42,692 nt of DNA from Sphingobacteriales bacterium (lineage in GTDB: Bacteria; Bacteroidota; Bacteroidia; Chitinophagales; Chitinophagaceae). Under the pieces are notes generated by a model. It worked only from the letters and a program-made list of their open reading frames with translations, was not told the DNA's origin and did no database searches. Where the stretch lies: positions 1 through 42,692 of the forward strand of contig JANMHK010000188.1 in assembly GCA_031375135.1 (NCBI GenBank), read 5' to 3'. A program made the translations under genes and the position numbers. This document shows positions 1 through 9,071 of this stretch, piece by piece (within the stretch, counting starts at the first letter, position 1; each line of letters starts with the position of its first letter).

Positions 1-566
1 TAAGCATAGCAGCTCATCGAGGGTTCATCTACGGTGATCTCGGTGCATCCTGCTTCTACAAGCGCTTCGAGCTCTTTCCGCACCAAAGGCAGCAGCGCTT
101 CCGTGATCTCAAAACGGTCTTTATATTCTCGATTTGGCAAAAGTCTTCCACTTAAAGTGTAAGGACCGGGAACACTTGTTTTTAGAACAAATCCTTCGGG
201 TGCGAGTTTTTTCAAGCGTTGATATTCTGCCACGGCACCCAGGCCATTGGGGGCGCTCAGGGTGTCTACAATACTGTGTTTTCCCCGTTGATCGTGCGCA
301 GCCGGGCCCCATTTCCGGGTTTCCGACTGGTTGGATTCGATACCGTTGATAAAGCCGTAGAACGACAGGTTGAAGTCGAGCCGCGTCTGTTCACCGTCCG
401 TGATCACATCCAGCCCCGCAGTCACCTGGTCGTGTATGGCCGCGATAACCGCGTCGTTGATCATTTCTTCAATGTCAGCAGGACCGAATTTGTCGAGGTT
501 CTCACTCGCAAATTCAAGCCATCCGGGAAAAGGGTAGGAGCCTACAACAGTTGTTCTGATCGACAT
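1..566 (-). CDS. Cobalamin-independent methionine synthase II (MetE C-terminal-like) family protein, runs off the left edge
   Basis: Not in the ORF track. My translation from ATG at 566: MSIRTTVVGSYPFPGW...HDQVTAGLDVITDGEQTR...SVPGPYTL...LVEAGCTEITVDEPS, showing the family motifs TTxVGSYP, Q..AG.D.ITDGE.R, GPxT and xDEP. Zn ligands lie outside the window. Confidence 0.85.
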   Translation of the reverse strand, partial: MSIRTTVVGSYPFPGWLEFASENLDKFGPADIEEMINDAVIAAIHDQVTAGLDVITDGEQTRLDFNLSFYGFINGIESNQSETRKWGPAAHDQRGKHSIVDTLSAPNGLGAVAEYQRLKKLAPEGFVLKTSVPGPYTLSGRLLPNREYKDRFEITEALLPLVRKELEALVEAGCTEITVDEPSMSCYA

Positions 567-600
567 AGTTAAAATTGAGCGGTAAATATATGACTAGAAT

Positions 601-2793
601 TTATATGTGAATCTGAATGATAAAGCTGGTGCCTTCTCCTTCTTTACTCTCGACTTTCATCGTTCCCCCATGTCCTTTAGTAATGATGTCGTAACTGAGT
701 GAAAGACCGAGGCCAGTTCCTTCACCGCTGGGTTTGGTGGTAAAAAAAGGTTGGAAGATCTTGTCACGGATTTTTTCCGGGATACCATTTCCATTGTCGT
801 GAACTATGATCTGTATGCCATCTTTGGTCAAACTTGTTTTAACAACCACACGGGGCCTGTAATCGCTGCCGGCAGTTTTAGTTTTTTCCTGTACCGCGTA
901 AAAAGCATTGTTGACCAGGTTTAGTAAAACGCGGCCAAAATCCTGCTGCAGCAAATCAACGGTTGTAATAGATGCATCGGGTTGAATCTCAAAATCAGCA
1001 TTGAATGATTTATCGCGGGCCCTAAGACCATGGAAACTGAGCCTGGTGTATTCATCCACTAATGCGTTCAGGTCAACGGGCTCTTTCTGGGTTGTGCCCT
1101 TGCGTGAATGCAAGAGCATGTTTTTAACGATGCTGTCGGCACGTTTCCCGTGAAACTGGATCTTTTCCTGGTTGCCGGTAAGATCGTTGAGCATGGTGAT
1201 CAGGCTTTCCCGTTTATCTTCGGGGATCCATTTTTCAACTTCTGCTTTGATCTCGCCAGTGATCTCATTATTGACTTCAGCAAAATTATTGACGAAATTG
1301 AGCGGGTTCTGGATTTCATGGGCAATACCTGCCGTCATCTCACCGAGAGACGCCATTTTCTCCGACTGGATCAGTTGGGCTTGTGTTGATTTCAAATTTT
1401 CAAGGGACTGTTTCAATTCAGCGGTGCGTGCTGTTACCTGATTTTCAAGATCTACTTTTTGGTTTTCAATCAAGCGGATTTTTTCCTGTTCCTGCTCGAG
1501 CAGGATCAGCTCTTTTTCTTTTTCCTGTTCGCTGATTTTCTGCCGCTGTTCAGAGAACCGCCTGAACAGCAGCCTGCTGAACGAAATGATCATCCAGATG
1601 AAGGTCAGTTCCATTAATGTATTAAGTGACGTCACGAGCCACTGGAGTATTTTATTATTCAGAAACACGGAATCGTCTCCGGTGATGAGATACCAAAACA
1701 CGAGCAACAGCAGGAGGGGGAAAACCAGGAAGAATGGAAGCACCGCATAAAGAAGGAATTTTCTTTCAGTATGTTGGCTGCCTTTTAGTAAAAAGAAAGT
1801 AGTGATCAGGCAGATGATAAAAAAGGCTAAAAAAACAAAAATGAAGCCGCTATCAGACCTGTTAAAAAAAAACGCATCTACCGCTCCAATGATTAGAAAT
1901 AAGAAAGAAAAAGCGATCAGAAATTTATCCCATCGGGGCAGGTGTTTTTTAGTGTTCAGGTATTGGCGGATGAAATGAAGGAAAAATACAAAGGAAATAA
2001 GGCCAGATAGCATATTAAGAATAGCCGCCGTGTCAGGGTAATTCCGGTAGAGTTCTGTCTGAAAATGAGCGTTGCCGTAATAAAGGAATAATACAAAGAA
2101 AGCAAAATATAGAAATACTTTTTCCCTTACCAGGAAAAAGAAAACAAAATAGATCAAAGCGGCGATCAGATAAATACCACCGTAAAAAGCCCTTGTTTGT
2201 TCCTCTCCTCTGACCAGGAGTTTTTCATTGTCTGCCAGGTATTTCCGGGCGTACCGGTCGGGGTTAACCATGGCTACCTTAAAGCTTTTTGCAAATCTGG
2301 GATTTAAGAGACTTGCATGATAAAACACTTCGATCGTTTCATCCTTGCCCATGGCAACCGGCGCAATATTGGAATTTCGGAATTCCTTTTTCTTTTTCCA
2401 GGATAGGTTGTCGCCGGTGGTATAAATCTCATTTTTCCCGCTCGGTCTGATCACATGGAAATCGGCCTTGTTACTGTAAGCATCAAAACCGGTTTCAATA
2501 AGCTTGCCGGTTTTGTTAGCAATGCGGTAATAAAACCAGTATTCCCCCTGGTCAAGTCCTTTTTTGGCGTATTCGTTTTTCCAGGGTTTCATTCTACCCT
2601 GTTTAAACGCAGACGTAGCATCTTCCAACGTCATCTTTCCTGCGGCGTCCTGGATAAACAGAAGATTCGAATCGTTTATTTCCTGCTGCCAAAGCGTATC
2701 ATTCCTGATCTCATAACCAGGAGGTATAGACTGGCTATATCCCTGAAACGTTACAAGCAGAAAAGTCAGAAGTGTAAACAGTCTGGTCACCAT
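601..2793 (-). CDS. Membrane sensor histidine kinase with 7TM-DISM extracellular and 7TM domains
   Basis: Signal peptide, DISMED2-like region, multiple TM helices, coiled coil, H-box ([24 protein letters not shown]), N box (NLVNNA), G boxes (DNGNG, FFTTK, GTGLGL). ATG at 2793 preferred over the ORF-track start. Confidence 0.9.
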   Translation of the reverse strand: MVTRLFTLLTFLLVTFQGYSQSIPPGYEIRNDTLWQQEINDSNLLFIQDAAGKMTLEDATSAFKQGRMKPWKNEYAKKGLDQGEYWFYYRIANKTGKLIETGFDAYSNKADFHVIRPSGKNEIYTTGDNLSWKKKKEFRNSNIAPVAMGKDETIEVFYHASLLNPRFAKSFKVAMVNPDRYARKYLADNEKLLVRGEEQTRAFYGGIYLIAALIYFVFFFLVREKVFLYFAFFVLFLYYGNAHFQTELYRNYPDTAAILNMLSGLISFVFFLHFIRQYLNTKKHLPRWDKFLIAFSFLFLIIGAVDAFFFNRSDSGFIFVFLAFFIICLITTFFLLKGSQHTERKFLLYAVLPFFLVFPLLLLLVFWYLITGDDSVFLNNKILQWLVTSLNTLMELTFIWMIISFSRLLFRRFSEQRQKISEQEKEKELILLEQEQEKIRLIENQKVDLENQVTARTAELKQSLENLKSTQAQLIQSEKMASLGEMTAGIAHEIQNPLNFVNNFAEVNNEITGEIKAEVEKWIPEDKRESLITMLNDLTGNQEKIQFHGKRADSIVKNMLLHSRKGTTQKEPVDLNALVDEYTRLSFHGLRARDKSFNADFEIQPDASITTVDLLQQDFGRVLLNLVNNAFYAVQEKTKTAGSDYRPRVVVKTSLTKDGIQIIVHDNGNGIPEKIRDKIFQPFFTTKPSGEGTGLGLSLSYDIITKGHGGTMKVESKEGEGTSFIIQIHI

Positions 2794-2850
2794 AAAATGG
2801 AAATTATTGGTTGAGATCACCCATTGAATATAGTGCTGAATTCCCGAAAG

Positions 2851-3624
2851 CTAAAATGCATAAAGCTTTGAGAGCCTGGCGGCATGCTCATCATATGCAC
2901 TTTCAAACAAGCTCGTTGCTTTTTCAACACCCACATTACAAACTGCAGTAAGCACTTTCGGCGGTTGTCCCGCTTCAGTCAGCAGTCTGGCCAGTTCTGC
3001 CTTAATGCAATTCACTGCCAGGATGCCACCAACCGTAGAGCCAGGTGCCACGGGTGTTTCAAGGCCTTCGATCTTTACCATGGCATCCCCGGCTGGGGCA
3101 CCTGTATCAATCACGAGGTCTGCAAAATCGGTCAGCTTTTTACCATCACTACGCTTACTTGCACTGGCTGCTGAATGTTCAGCTGTAATGAGTGCTACTA
3201 CTTTGATCCCCCTGAGTTGAAATTGCTCGGCCATTTCTACAGGAACTATATTGGTTCCACTGCTGGAGATCACGAGCGCCGTATCAACGCTGGATAGCAC
3301 AAAATTTCTCAATATGCGGTCTGCCAGGCCACTCACATTTTCTAAAAACATCGCCTGACGCTGACCGTTAGCGCCCACTACATTGTTATGATAGGTAAGT
3401 GAGAGTTCCACAATGGGATTGAAGCCCGGGAAAGAGCCATACCGCGGCCACATTTCTTCTACCATGATCCGGCTGTGCCCCGAACCAAAAACATGTACCA
3501 TGCGTCCGGCCAATATGGTTTCTGCGAACCATGTTGCTGCTGTTTTTAATTTCTCTTCCTGTTGACCTATCCTTTGAAGAATAAGGGTCGATTTCTGAAT
3601 GTATTGCTGAATAGGATCCATCAT
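2851..3624 (-). CDS. SIS-domain sugar-phosphate isomerase-like protein (UPF0309/SIS_2-like)
   Basis: VFGSGHS, ISSSG, and ADLVID..AP.GD motifs. Start ATG overlaps the ROK stop (ATGA at 3621-3624). Confidence 0.85.
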   Translation of the reverse strand: MMDPIQQYIQKSTLILQRIGQQEEKLKTAATWFAETILAGRMVHVFGSGHSRIMVEEMWPRYGSFPGFNPIVELSLTYHNNVVGANGQRQAMFLENVSGLADRILRNFVLSSVDTALVISSSGTNIVPVEMAEQFQLRGIKVVALITAEHSAASASKRSDGKKLTDFADLVIDTGAPAGDAMVKIEGLETPVAPGSTVGGILAVNCIKAELARLLTEAGQPPKVLTAVCNVGVEKATSLFESAYDEHAARLSKLYAF

Positions 3625-4511
3625 ATTTTTTTTTGTTGCATCATGGCGAAGCCCGCTGCGCCGATCGCTCCTGCCAGATCCCCATGTGCTGCTTTTAATA
3701 TCATAGCCCGGTTTCCTCCGGCACGCCATTCAAAAGAGGCGAGAAATTTTTCTAATGGATCGAACAATGCATTTCCCGCTTCTGTAATTCCTCCTCCCAA
3801 TATGACCGCCTCAGGGGATAGTATATTCGTGAGGGAAGCAATACCGATGGCAAGTTGGCGTATCGAATCCAGCCAGATCAGTTGGGCAAAATGATCACCC
3901 CGTTTATAATCATCGATCAACTCATGTGTATACTGATATCGGCCCAGGCTTCTTTTGCTGATGGTGCAGTTCCCGATGGCGTTCTCCAGACTGCCTGGCA
4001 TTCCACAAATATCGGGCTCACCCTGATTGTCAAGCGAAATATGGCCAACATGTCCTGCTTTTTGAAATGCACCCTGATAGATCTGGCCATTAATGAGCAA
4101 GGCCCCGCCAACACCGGTGCCGAGGGTGATCAGGATCGCGTGCTCCAATTCTTTGGCAACGCCGAAACGTTTTTCTGCTGCCAGTGCTGCTATGGCATCA
4201 TTGGCTACCCAAACCCGTTGAAAAAACACATCCGACCAATCCAGCCCTTCAAGTCCTGCTAAACGCCCGGGCATATATTTGATCGCTGAGTTCTGTTCAT
4301 CCGGGATCCCAGGTGCAGATATGCCTATCAGATGTTCGCCGGGATTTTTTTCCGTTAACGATTCAACGGTGTCAATGATGGTTTCTTTCCAATTGTCGTT
4401 GACAATTGTATGATACTGTTGGTCTAGTATGTCACCTTCTTCGTTGACCACAACACCTTTGATCCGGGTTCCACCAAGATCAATACCGATAGCGGTAGCA
4501 GCACTATTCAT
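3621..4511 (-). CDS. ROK-family sugar kinase
   Basis: GIDLGGT, NDA, TLGTGVGG, ILGGG and AGAIGAA motifs. No N-terminal HTH. Confidence 0.9.
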   Translation of the reverse strand: MNSAATAIGIDLGGTRIKGVVVNEEGDILDQQYHTIVNDNWKETIIDTVESLTEKNPGEHLIGISAPGIPDEQNSAIKYMPGRLAGLEGLDWSDVFFQRVWVANDAIAALAAEKRFGVAKELEHAILITLGTGVGGALLINGQIYQGAFQKAGHVGHISLDNQGEPDICGMPGSLENAIGNCTISKRSLGRYQYTHELIDDYKRGDHFAQLIWLDSIRQLAIGIASLTNILSPEAVILGGGITEAGNALFDPLEKFLASFEWRAGGNRAMILKAAHGDLAGAIGAAGFAMMQQKKI

Positions 4512-5298
4512 ACTGCCCCTCCGTTACGGACCATCCGCCATCTACAGATATGGTTTGCCCAGTGATAAATGAAGCATGATCAGACAATAAGAACACAACC
4601 GCGCCATCCAGGTCGGCAGGTATTCCCACGCGCCCGCCATCCAGTGGTTGTTTCGAGCGTGTGAACGAAAGGATCTCCTCGTTGTGCAGTGCTCGTTGCG
4701 ACATCGGTGTTTCCACCAGCGCAGGTGCGATCACATTGATACGAATATCATGAGGTGCATAATAAGAAGCGATGGATTTGGAGAAACCCACAACCGCTGA
4801 TTTTGCCGCAGCATAAGCGTGGGTTGCGAAATATTTTGGGGAAGGTGAATGCGCCAATACGGATGACATATTCAGGATCACTCCCTTTTTCTTTTCGCGT
4901 AGAAAATATTGCACGGCCGCTCTGTTCGAGTACATCACGGAGTCCAGGTTCCAATGCAGTGTTTTTGACCAACCTTCCACCGTCAACTCATGTAGTGGAC
5001 CATCGCCAAATCTTCTTCCACTGCCACCGGCTACATGGTAAAGTCCGTCAAAGCTACCAAACCGGGTAACGGCCTCTTCTATTACCAGAGAGGCTGTTTT
5101 TTCCTGCATCGCGTCAGCGCTCATTACATGGGCATGCTCACCCAACACCGCCTGTGCATCAGCAGAATGTTGTAGATCCCGTCCAACAACTACAATCTTC
5201 GCGCCTTCATCTACACATGCTTTTGCTGCCGATAATCCAAGCCCTGTTGTGCCTCCGATGATTACAATTACTTTGCCAGAAAGCCATTCTTTTCCCAT
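4504..5298 (-). CDS. SDR-family NAD(P)-dependent oxidoreductase
   Basis: GGTTGLG Rossmann motif, YAAAK catalytic motif, FITGQTISVDGG C-terminus. Overlaps ROK by 8 nt. Confidence 0.92.
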   Translation of the reverse strand: MGKEWLSGKVIVIIGGTTGLGLSAAKACVDEGAKIVVVGRDLQHSADAQAVLGEHAHVMSADAMQEKTASLVIEEAVTRFGSFDGLYHVAGGSGRRFGDGPLHELTVEGWSKTLHWNLDSVMYSNRAAVQYFLREKKKGVILNMSSVLAHSPSPKYFATHAYAAAKSAVVGFSKSIASYYAPHDIRINVIAPALVETPMSQRALHNEEILSFTRSKQPLDGGRVGIPADLDGAVVFLLSDHASFITGQTISVDGGWSVTEGQYE

Positions 5299-5363
5299 GT
5301 TTTGGTATCAGCTTGGAAATTACAATATTTTGTTACTATTTCGGGTCAATACATCACGGCAGG

Positions 5364-5382
5364 GAATTTGAAATTCAAATTC
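5364..5382. promoter_or_regulatory. Perfect 9-1-9 palindrome, possible operator in a divergent intergenic region
   Basis: GAATTTGAA-A-TTCAAATTC between the SDR operon and the L,D-transpeptidase. Confidence 0.4.
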
Positions 5383-5421
5383 AAGGTATATTGCCCGAGT
5401 TTCACTAATAATCCGACAAGA

Positions 5422-7095
5422 ATGAGGAGTTGCTTATTTATATTGGTCAGTTTCTCTTTGGCTATGCAAGCCCTTATGTCCTGCGAAAGTAGTGGCACTG
5501 GCCCACCTAAACCTAAAAGGGTGGACATCGTTAAAGAACCTGCTAAACTTGAACCTACGGTTAGTGGACAAATGTCTGCGATTCTTGATCTGGCACTGGC
5601 GGCGAACGGTCAGGCAGATGATATTCATTTGAATAGTAGTCCTGAGATTGCTTCCTACTATAGCAGGAATGCCTATACGCGCCTCTGGGGGAAAGACAAA
5701 CAATGGCATCCCGCTGCGGATAGTTTATTCGAAATGATCAGAAAGGCAGAATGGTATGGATTGTTTCCGGGAGACTATCACATAAAACCATTAACGGTCA
5801 TTTTTGAAAAGCTTCATGATTCCGTATCTAAAAATGATGCGGCCCTATGGGCCCGGGGTGAACTCATGCTGTCAGATGCGTATGCGTCAATGGCGAGGCA
5901 CTTGAAGAAGGGTAGAATAGAACGTGACAGCGTTACATTGAATCCGGATTCTGTTTTGACCCAGACATTTTACGACAATATTATTGATCGAATGAAAGCC
6001 GGTGAGCAGCCAAGAGAGATATTAGAAGCGCTCGAACCTGTACACCCAGGATACAAGGCGTTGCGGGCCCTGTTGCCGAACTTTGTGGATTCAATGGATC
6101 GAAAGGTATATACCTATATAGAACTTCCCAAACGTGATTCAATCAGTTTTGTGCGGCAGTTGCAAACCAGGTTATTTGAAAACGGCTATATAACGTTTAA
6201 TAACCGTCTTCCAGATTCGGTTGAATTGTCAGCCGCCGTAAAAAAAGCCCAACAATCACGAGGGCTAACCATTGACGGAAAGGCGGGTCCGGCAGTGGTA
6301 TCTTCTTTAAATAATACGGGGCCTGAAAAGTTCAAAAAAATCGCGATTAACCTTGACCGTTATAAACAGTTGCCGGATTCCATGCCGCTTTCTTATATAT
6401 GGGTAAACCTTCCTGCCTACAAAATGCAGGTATGGGACACGGGCACTGTTGTACTTGAATCAAAGGTGATTATCGGTCAGCCGAAAACGAGGACCCCGTT
6501 GTTGAATAGTCAGGTTTCTAATTTTGTTACCTATCCGCAGTGGACCGTTCCATATAGCATCATTTTCAAAGAGATGCTGCCCAAGATTATAAAGAATGTG
6601 AATTACCTGGCCAAGGAAAACCTGATGGTCGTGGATCGGAACGATAGTGTGATCGATCCTGCCACCATAGATTGGTCCAAACTGAGCAAATCAAAGTTCC
6701 CATATCAGTTCAAGCAACGGCAGGGAGATGATAATTCGCTGGGTGTGATGAAGTTCAACTTCCGCAACAAGTACGATGTTTACCTGCACGATACCAATGC
6801 CCGCTCTTTGTTCTCGAGGTCAAACCGTGCTCTTAGCCATGGCTGCGTCCGGGTACAGGAATGGGACAGCCTGGCCCGCTTTCTGATCGGAAAAGATACC
6901 AGCAATACCCCCATTGACTCCGTCGGCGCATGGCTTTCAAGACAGGAAAAACACACGGTGGGACTTAAGAAAAAAGTACCCGTTTACCTCCGTTATTTCA
7001 CCTGCGAGGCCACTAAGGATGGTAAGATCAAGTTTTATGAAGATATTTATGGGGAAGATAAAGTGCTGATAATGAAGTACTTCGCCAAAAAATAA
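5422..7095 (+). CDS. L,D-transpeptidase (YcbB/LdtD-like), probable lipoprotein
   Basis: Lipobox-like LMSC, peptidoglycan-binding-like GLTIDGKAGP, and YkuD motifs VNLPAY, YLHDT and SHGCVRV. ATG at 5422. Confidence 0.9.
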   Translation: MRSCLFILVSFSLAMQALMSCESSGTGPPKPKRVDIVKEPAKLEPTVSGQMSAILDLALAANGQADDIHLNSSPEIASYYSRNAYTRLWGKDKQWHPAADSLFEMIRKAEWYGLFPGDYHIKPLTVIFEKLHDSVSKNDAALWARGELMLSDAYASMARHLKKGRIERDSVTLNPDSVLTQTFYDNIIDRMKAGEQPREILEALEPVHPGYKALRALLPNFVDSMDRKVYTYIELPKRDSISFVRQLQTRLFENGYITFNNRLPDSVELSAAVKKAQQSRGLTIDGKAGPAVVSSLNNTGPEKFKKIAINLDRYKQLPDSMPLSYIWVNLPAYKMQVWDTGTVVLESKVIIGQPKTRTPLLNSQVSNFVTYPQWTVPYSIIFKEMLPKIIKNVNYLAKENLMVVDRNDSVIDPATIDWSKLSKSKFPYQFKQRQGDDNSLGVMKFNFRNKYDVYLHDTNARSLFSRSNRALSHGCVRVQEWDSLARFLIGKDTSNTPIDSVGAWLSRQEKHTVGLKKKVPVYLRYFTCEATKDGKIKFYEDIYGEDKVLIMKYFAKK

Positions 7096-7191
7096 GTTTA
7101 TTTTTGTCGATTTTTCAATTTTCTGCCTGGTTTTTGCAGGGTAAAGCTCAGAATTTGTGCCGTATGCCATTGTTGAACCCAAGCAAATTGA

Positions 7192-7608
7192 ATGAAAAGT
7201 ATCTTCTTAGCCTTTTTACTGATCCATCTCACTCAATTCGGAGCTATCTCTCAGGGGAAGGCTACGAGTACCCGGAAAATCAATCCGGCCAAGGTTCAAT
7301 ACGGTACTGCCAGCTTCTACGCAGATAAATTCGAAGGCCGTAAAACAGCCAACGGAGAAACATTCACCCAAAAAGGAATGACCGCAGCCCATAATTCGCT
7401 TCCATTGGGCACTTGGATCAAAGTAACGAACCTGAGTAACAAGAAGACAGTGTTCGTGAAGGTGAACGACAGGTTACATCACAAAAACCCACGACTGGTT
7501 GACCTTTCTAAAACTGCAGCGAAAAAGCTCGGTTATACCGGAAGGGGCCTTTCCCAGGTCCGGGTTGATGTTATCGGTAAACATCCAAATACACTCGCTC
7601 TAAAATAA
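7192..7608 (+). CDS. rlpA: RlpA-family lytic transglycosylase (DPBB domain only)
   Basis: GTASFY..KFEGRKTANGE, TAAH..LPLGT, VND, and VDLS..AA motifs. No SPOR domain. Confidence 0.88.
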   Translation: MKSIFLAFLLIHLTQFGAISQGKATSTRKINPAKVQYGTASFYADKFEGRKTANGETFTQKGMTAAHNSLPLGTWIKVTNLSNKKTVFVKVNDRLHHKNPRLVDLSKTAAKKLGYTGRGLSQVRVDVIGKHPNTLALK

Positions 7609-7633
7609 TTTTTTCAGGTCGGTTGCTTCAGGT

Positions 7634-7641
7634 TAATTTTG
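7634..7641 (+). promoter_or_regulatory. Bacteroidota -7 promoter element
   Basis: TAATTTTG about 25 nt upstream of the OmpA ATG. Confidence 0.55.
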
Positions 7642-7665
7642 CCTCCATTCATCAAAGCGACTGAT

Positions 7666-8985
7666 ATGAGAAAATTAATACTCGGTATCCTGTTTTTAAC
7701 ACCGACCCTGATAGGTTTTGGCCAGGTCAAAAACCAATACAAAAAGGGAAAAACCCTTGGCGTCCATTTTACCTTACATGATTTTGAAACTGCTGCAGAC
7801 CTGAGATCAGTGGGTTTGAGTGAAGTATTAAAGGAAGGTGAATGGTCCAATATCAGCCGGATGAATCCGGGGCTGGCCCTTTCATATACACAGGGATTTA
7901 CTGATAATATTGACTTTACAGGACGCTTAGGAGGTTCTGTTTTGTCATATCCGTTAGCAGGGAAACCGGCTCCCGCAAACAATAAGTTTTACCTGGAAGG
8001 AGACGTCACAGCAAATTTCAAACTGTTGTCTGACCATTACTGGGTATCTCCTTTCATCACAGCCGGTTTTGGACTTTCCAGCTGGAACGGTTACTTTGGA
8101 TCTTACACTCCATTGGGACTTGGGATGCAGGTTAATTTCTTTGACGAAACCTATTTGATCCTGCAAGCACAATATCGTTTCCCGATCATTTCAGGTACCA
8201 CTTCCAATCATCTGTTCTATGGAATTGGGTTAGCAGGAAATATTGGCAAGAAAAAGGAAGTTGCTCCACCGCCTCCGCCGGCGCCACCAGTAGTGACTGA
8301 CCGAGACAATGATGGTATTTTAGATCCGAATGATAAATGTCCGGACGTACCTGGTATCGCTAAATATGAAGGTTGCCCAATCCCGGATTCAGATAAGGAT
8401 GGTATCAACGACGAGGCGGATAAATGCCCGCAGTTGCCAGGGCTTGCTAAATATCAGGGCTGTCCAATACCCGATACTGATAAAGATGGCCTGAACGACG
8501 AAGAAGATAAATGTCCTCAGGTTCCGGGTTTGGCGCGCTACCAGGGCTGTCCAATTCCTGACGGCGATGGTGACGGAGTCAACGATGAGGAAGACAAGTG
8601 TCCAACAATTGCTGGTCCTCCTGAAAATGGTGGCTGTCCGGTGATCAACTTCAAAGCAGAAAATGTTCAGTTCCTGACAGGAAGTGCCAATTTAACCACT
8701 GGTGCTAAAACTGAATTGAACAAGCTGGTGAAAATTTTGAATGATGATTATCCTGGAGTGAAAATTGCGATTGAAGGCCATACAGATAACACAGGTAAGC
8801 CGGAAACAAATACTGCATTATCTCAGAAGCGTGCAAATGCGGTAAAAACTTATTTAGCAGGCAAGAAAGTTATACCAGAAAGAATGACTGCTACAGGATT
8901 TGGTCCTGATCAGCCAGTGGCCGACAATGCAACAGCTGCGGGAAGGGCGAAAAACAGAAGGGTTACTTTCAAAGTAAGCCAATAG
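7666..8985 (+). CDS. OmpA-family outer membrane protein with thrombospondin type-3 repeats
   Basis: N-terminal beta-barrel-like region, Pro-rich linker, DxDxDG repeats, OmpA C-domain (IEGHTD, LSQKRA, NRRV). Confidence 0.92.
   Translation: MRKLILGILFLTPTLIGFGQVKNQYKKGKTLGVHFTLHDFETAADLRSVGLSEVLKEGEWSNISRMNPGLALSYTQGFTDNIDFTGRLGGSVLSYPLAGKPAPANNKFYLEGDVTANFKLLSDHYWVSPFITAGFGLSSWNGYFGSYTPLGLGMQVNFFDETYLILQAQYRFPIISGTTSNHLFYGIGLAGNIGKKKEVAPPPPPAPPVVTDRDNDGILDPNDKCPDVPGIAKYEGCPIPDSDKDGINDEADKCPQLPGLAKYQGCPIPDTDKDGLNDEEDKCPQVPGLARYQGCPIPDGDGDGVNDEEDKCPTIAGPPENGGCPVINFKAENVQFLTGSANLTTGAKTELNKLVKILNDDYPGVKIAIEGHTDNTGKPETNTALSQKRANAVKTYLAGKKVIPERMTATGFGPDQPVADNATAAGRAKNRRVTFKVSQ
8299..8640 (+). repeat. 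Four intragenic 87-nt (29-aa) TSP3-like Ca-binding repeats
   Basis: DxDxDGxxDxxDKCPxxxGxxxxxGCP four times. Confidence 0.9.
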
Positions 8986-9004
8986 GATATTTGATAAGAA
9001 CAGG

Positions 9005-9034
9005 AAAAGGGGTTGTGTTTACAACCCCTTTTTT
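9005..9034. terminator. Bidirectional intrinsic terminator
   Basis: AAAAGGGGTTG-tgttta-CAACCCCTTTTTT between convergent ompA and PBP1A genes. Confidence 0.85.
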
Positions 9035-9071
9035 ATTGGTTCAAGCTGACGCTAAAGTTTTTAAGAATTGC

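Noticed and set aside
121-572. ORF-track calls 121..312, 134..349 and 219..572
   Set aside because: Shadows of the real MetE-like CDS on the minus strand (1..566).
3625-3729. N-terminal extension of the SIS ORF
   Set aside because: Lies inside the ROK gene. The ATGA overlap at 3621-3624 is the more plausible start.
8299-8640. 87-nt repeats as a possible CRISPR or mobile repeat
   Set aside because: In-frame TSP3 protein repeats, common in Bacteroidota OmpA proteins.
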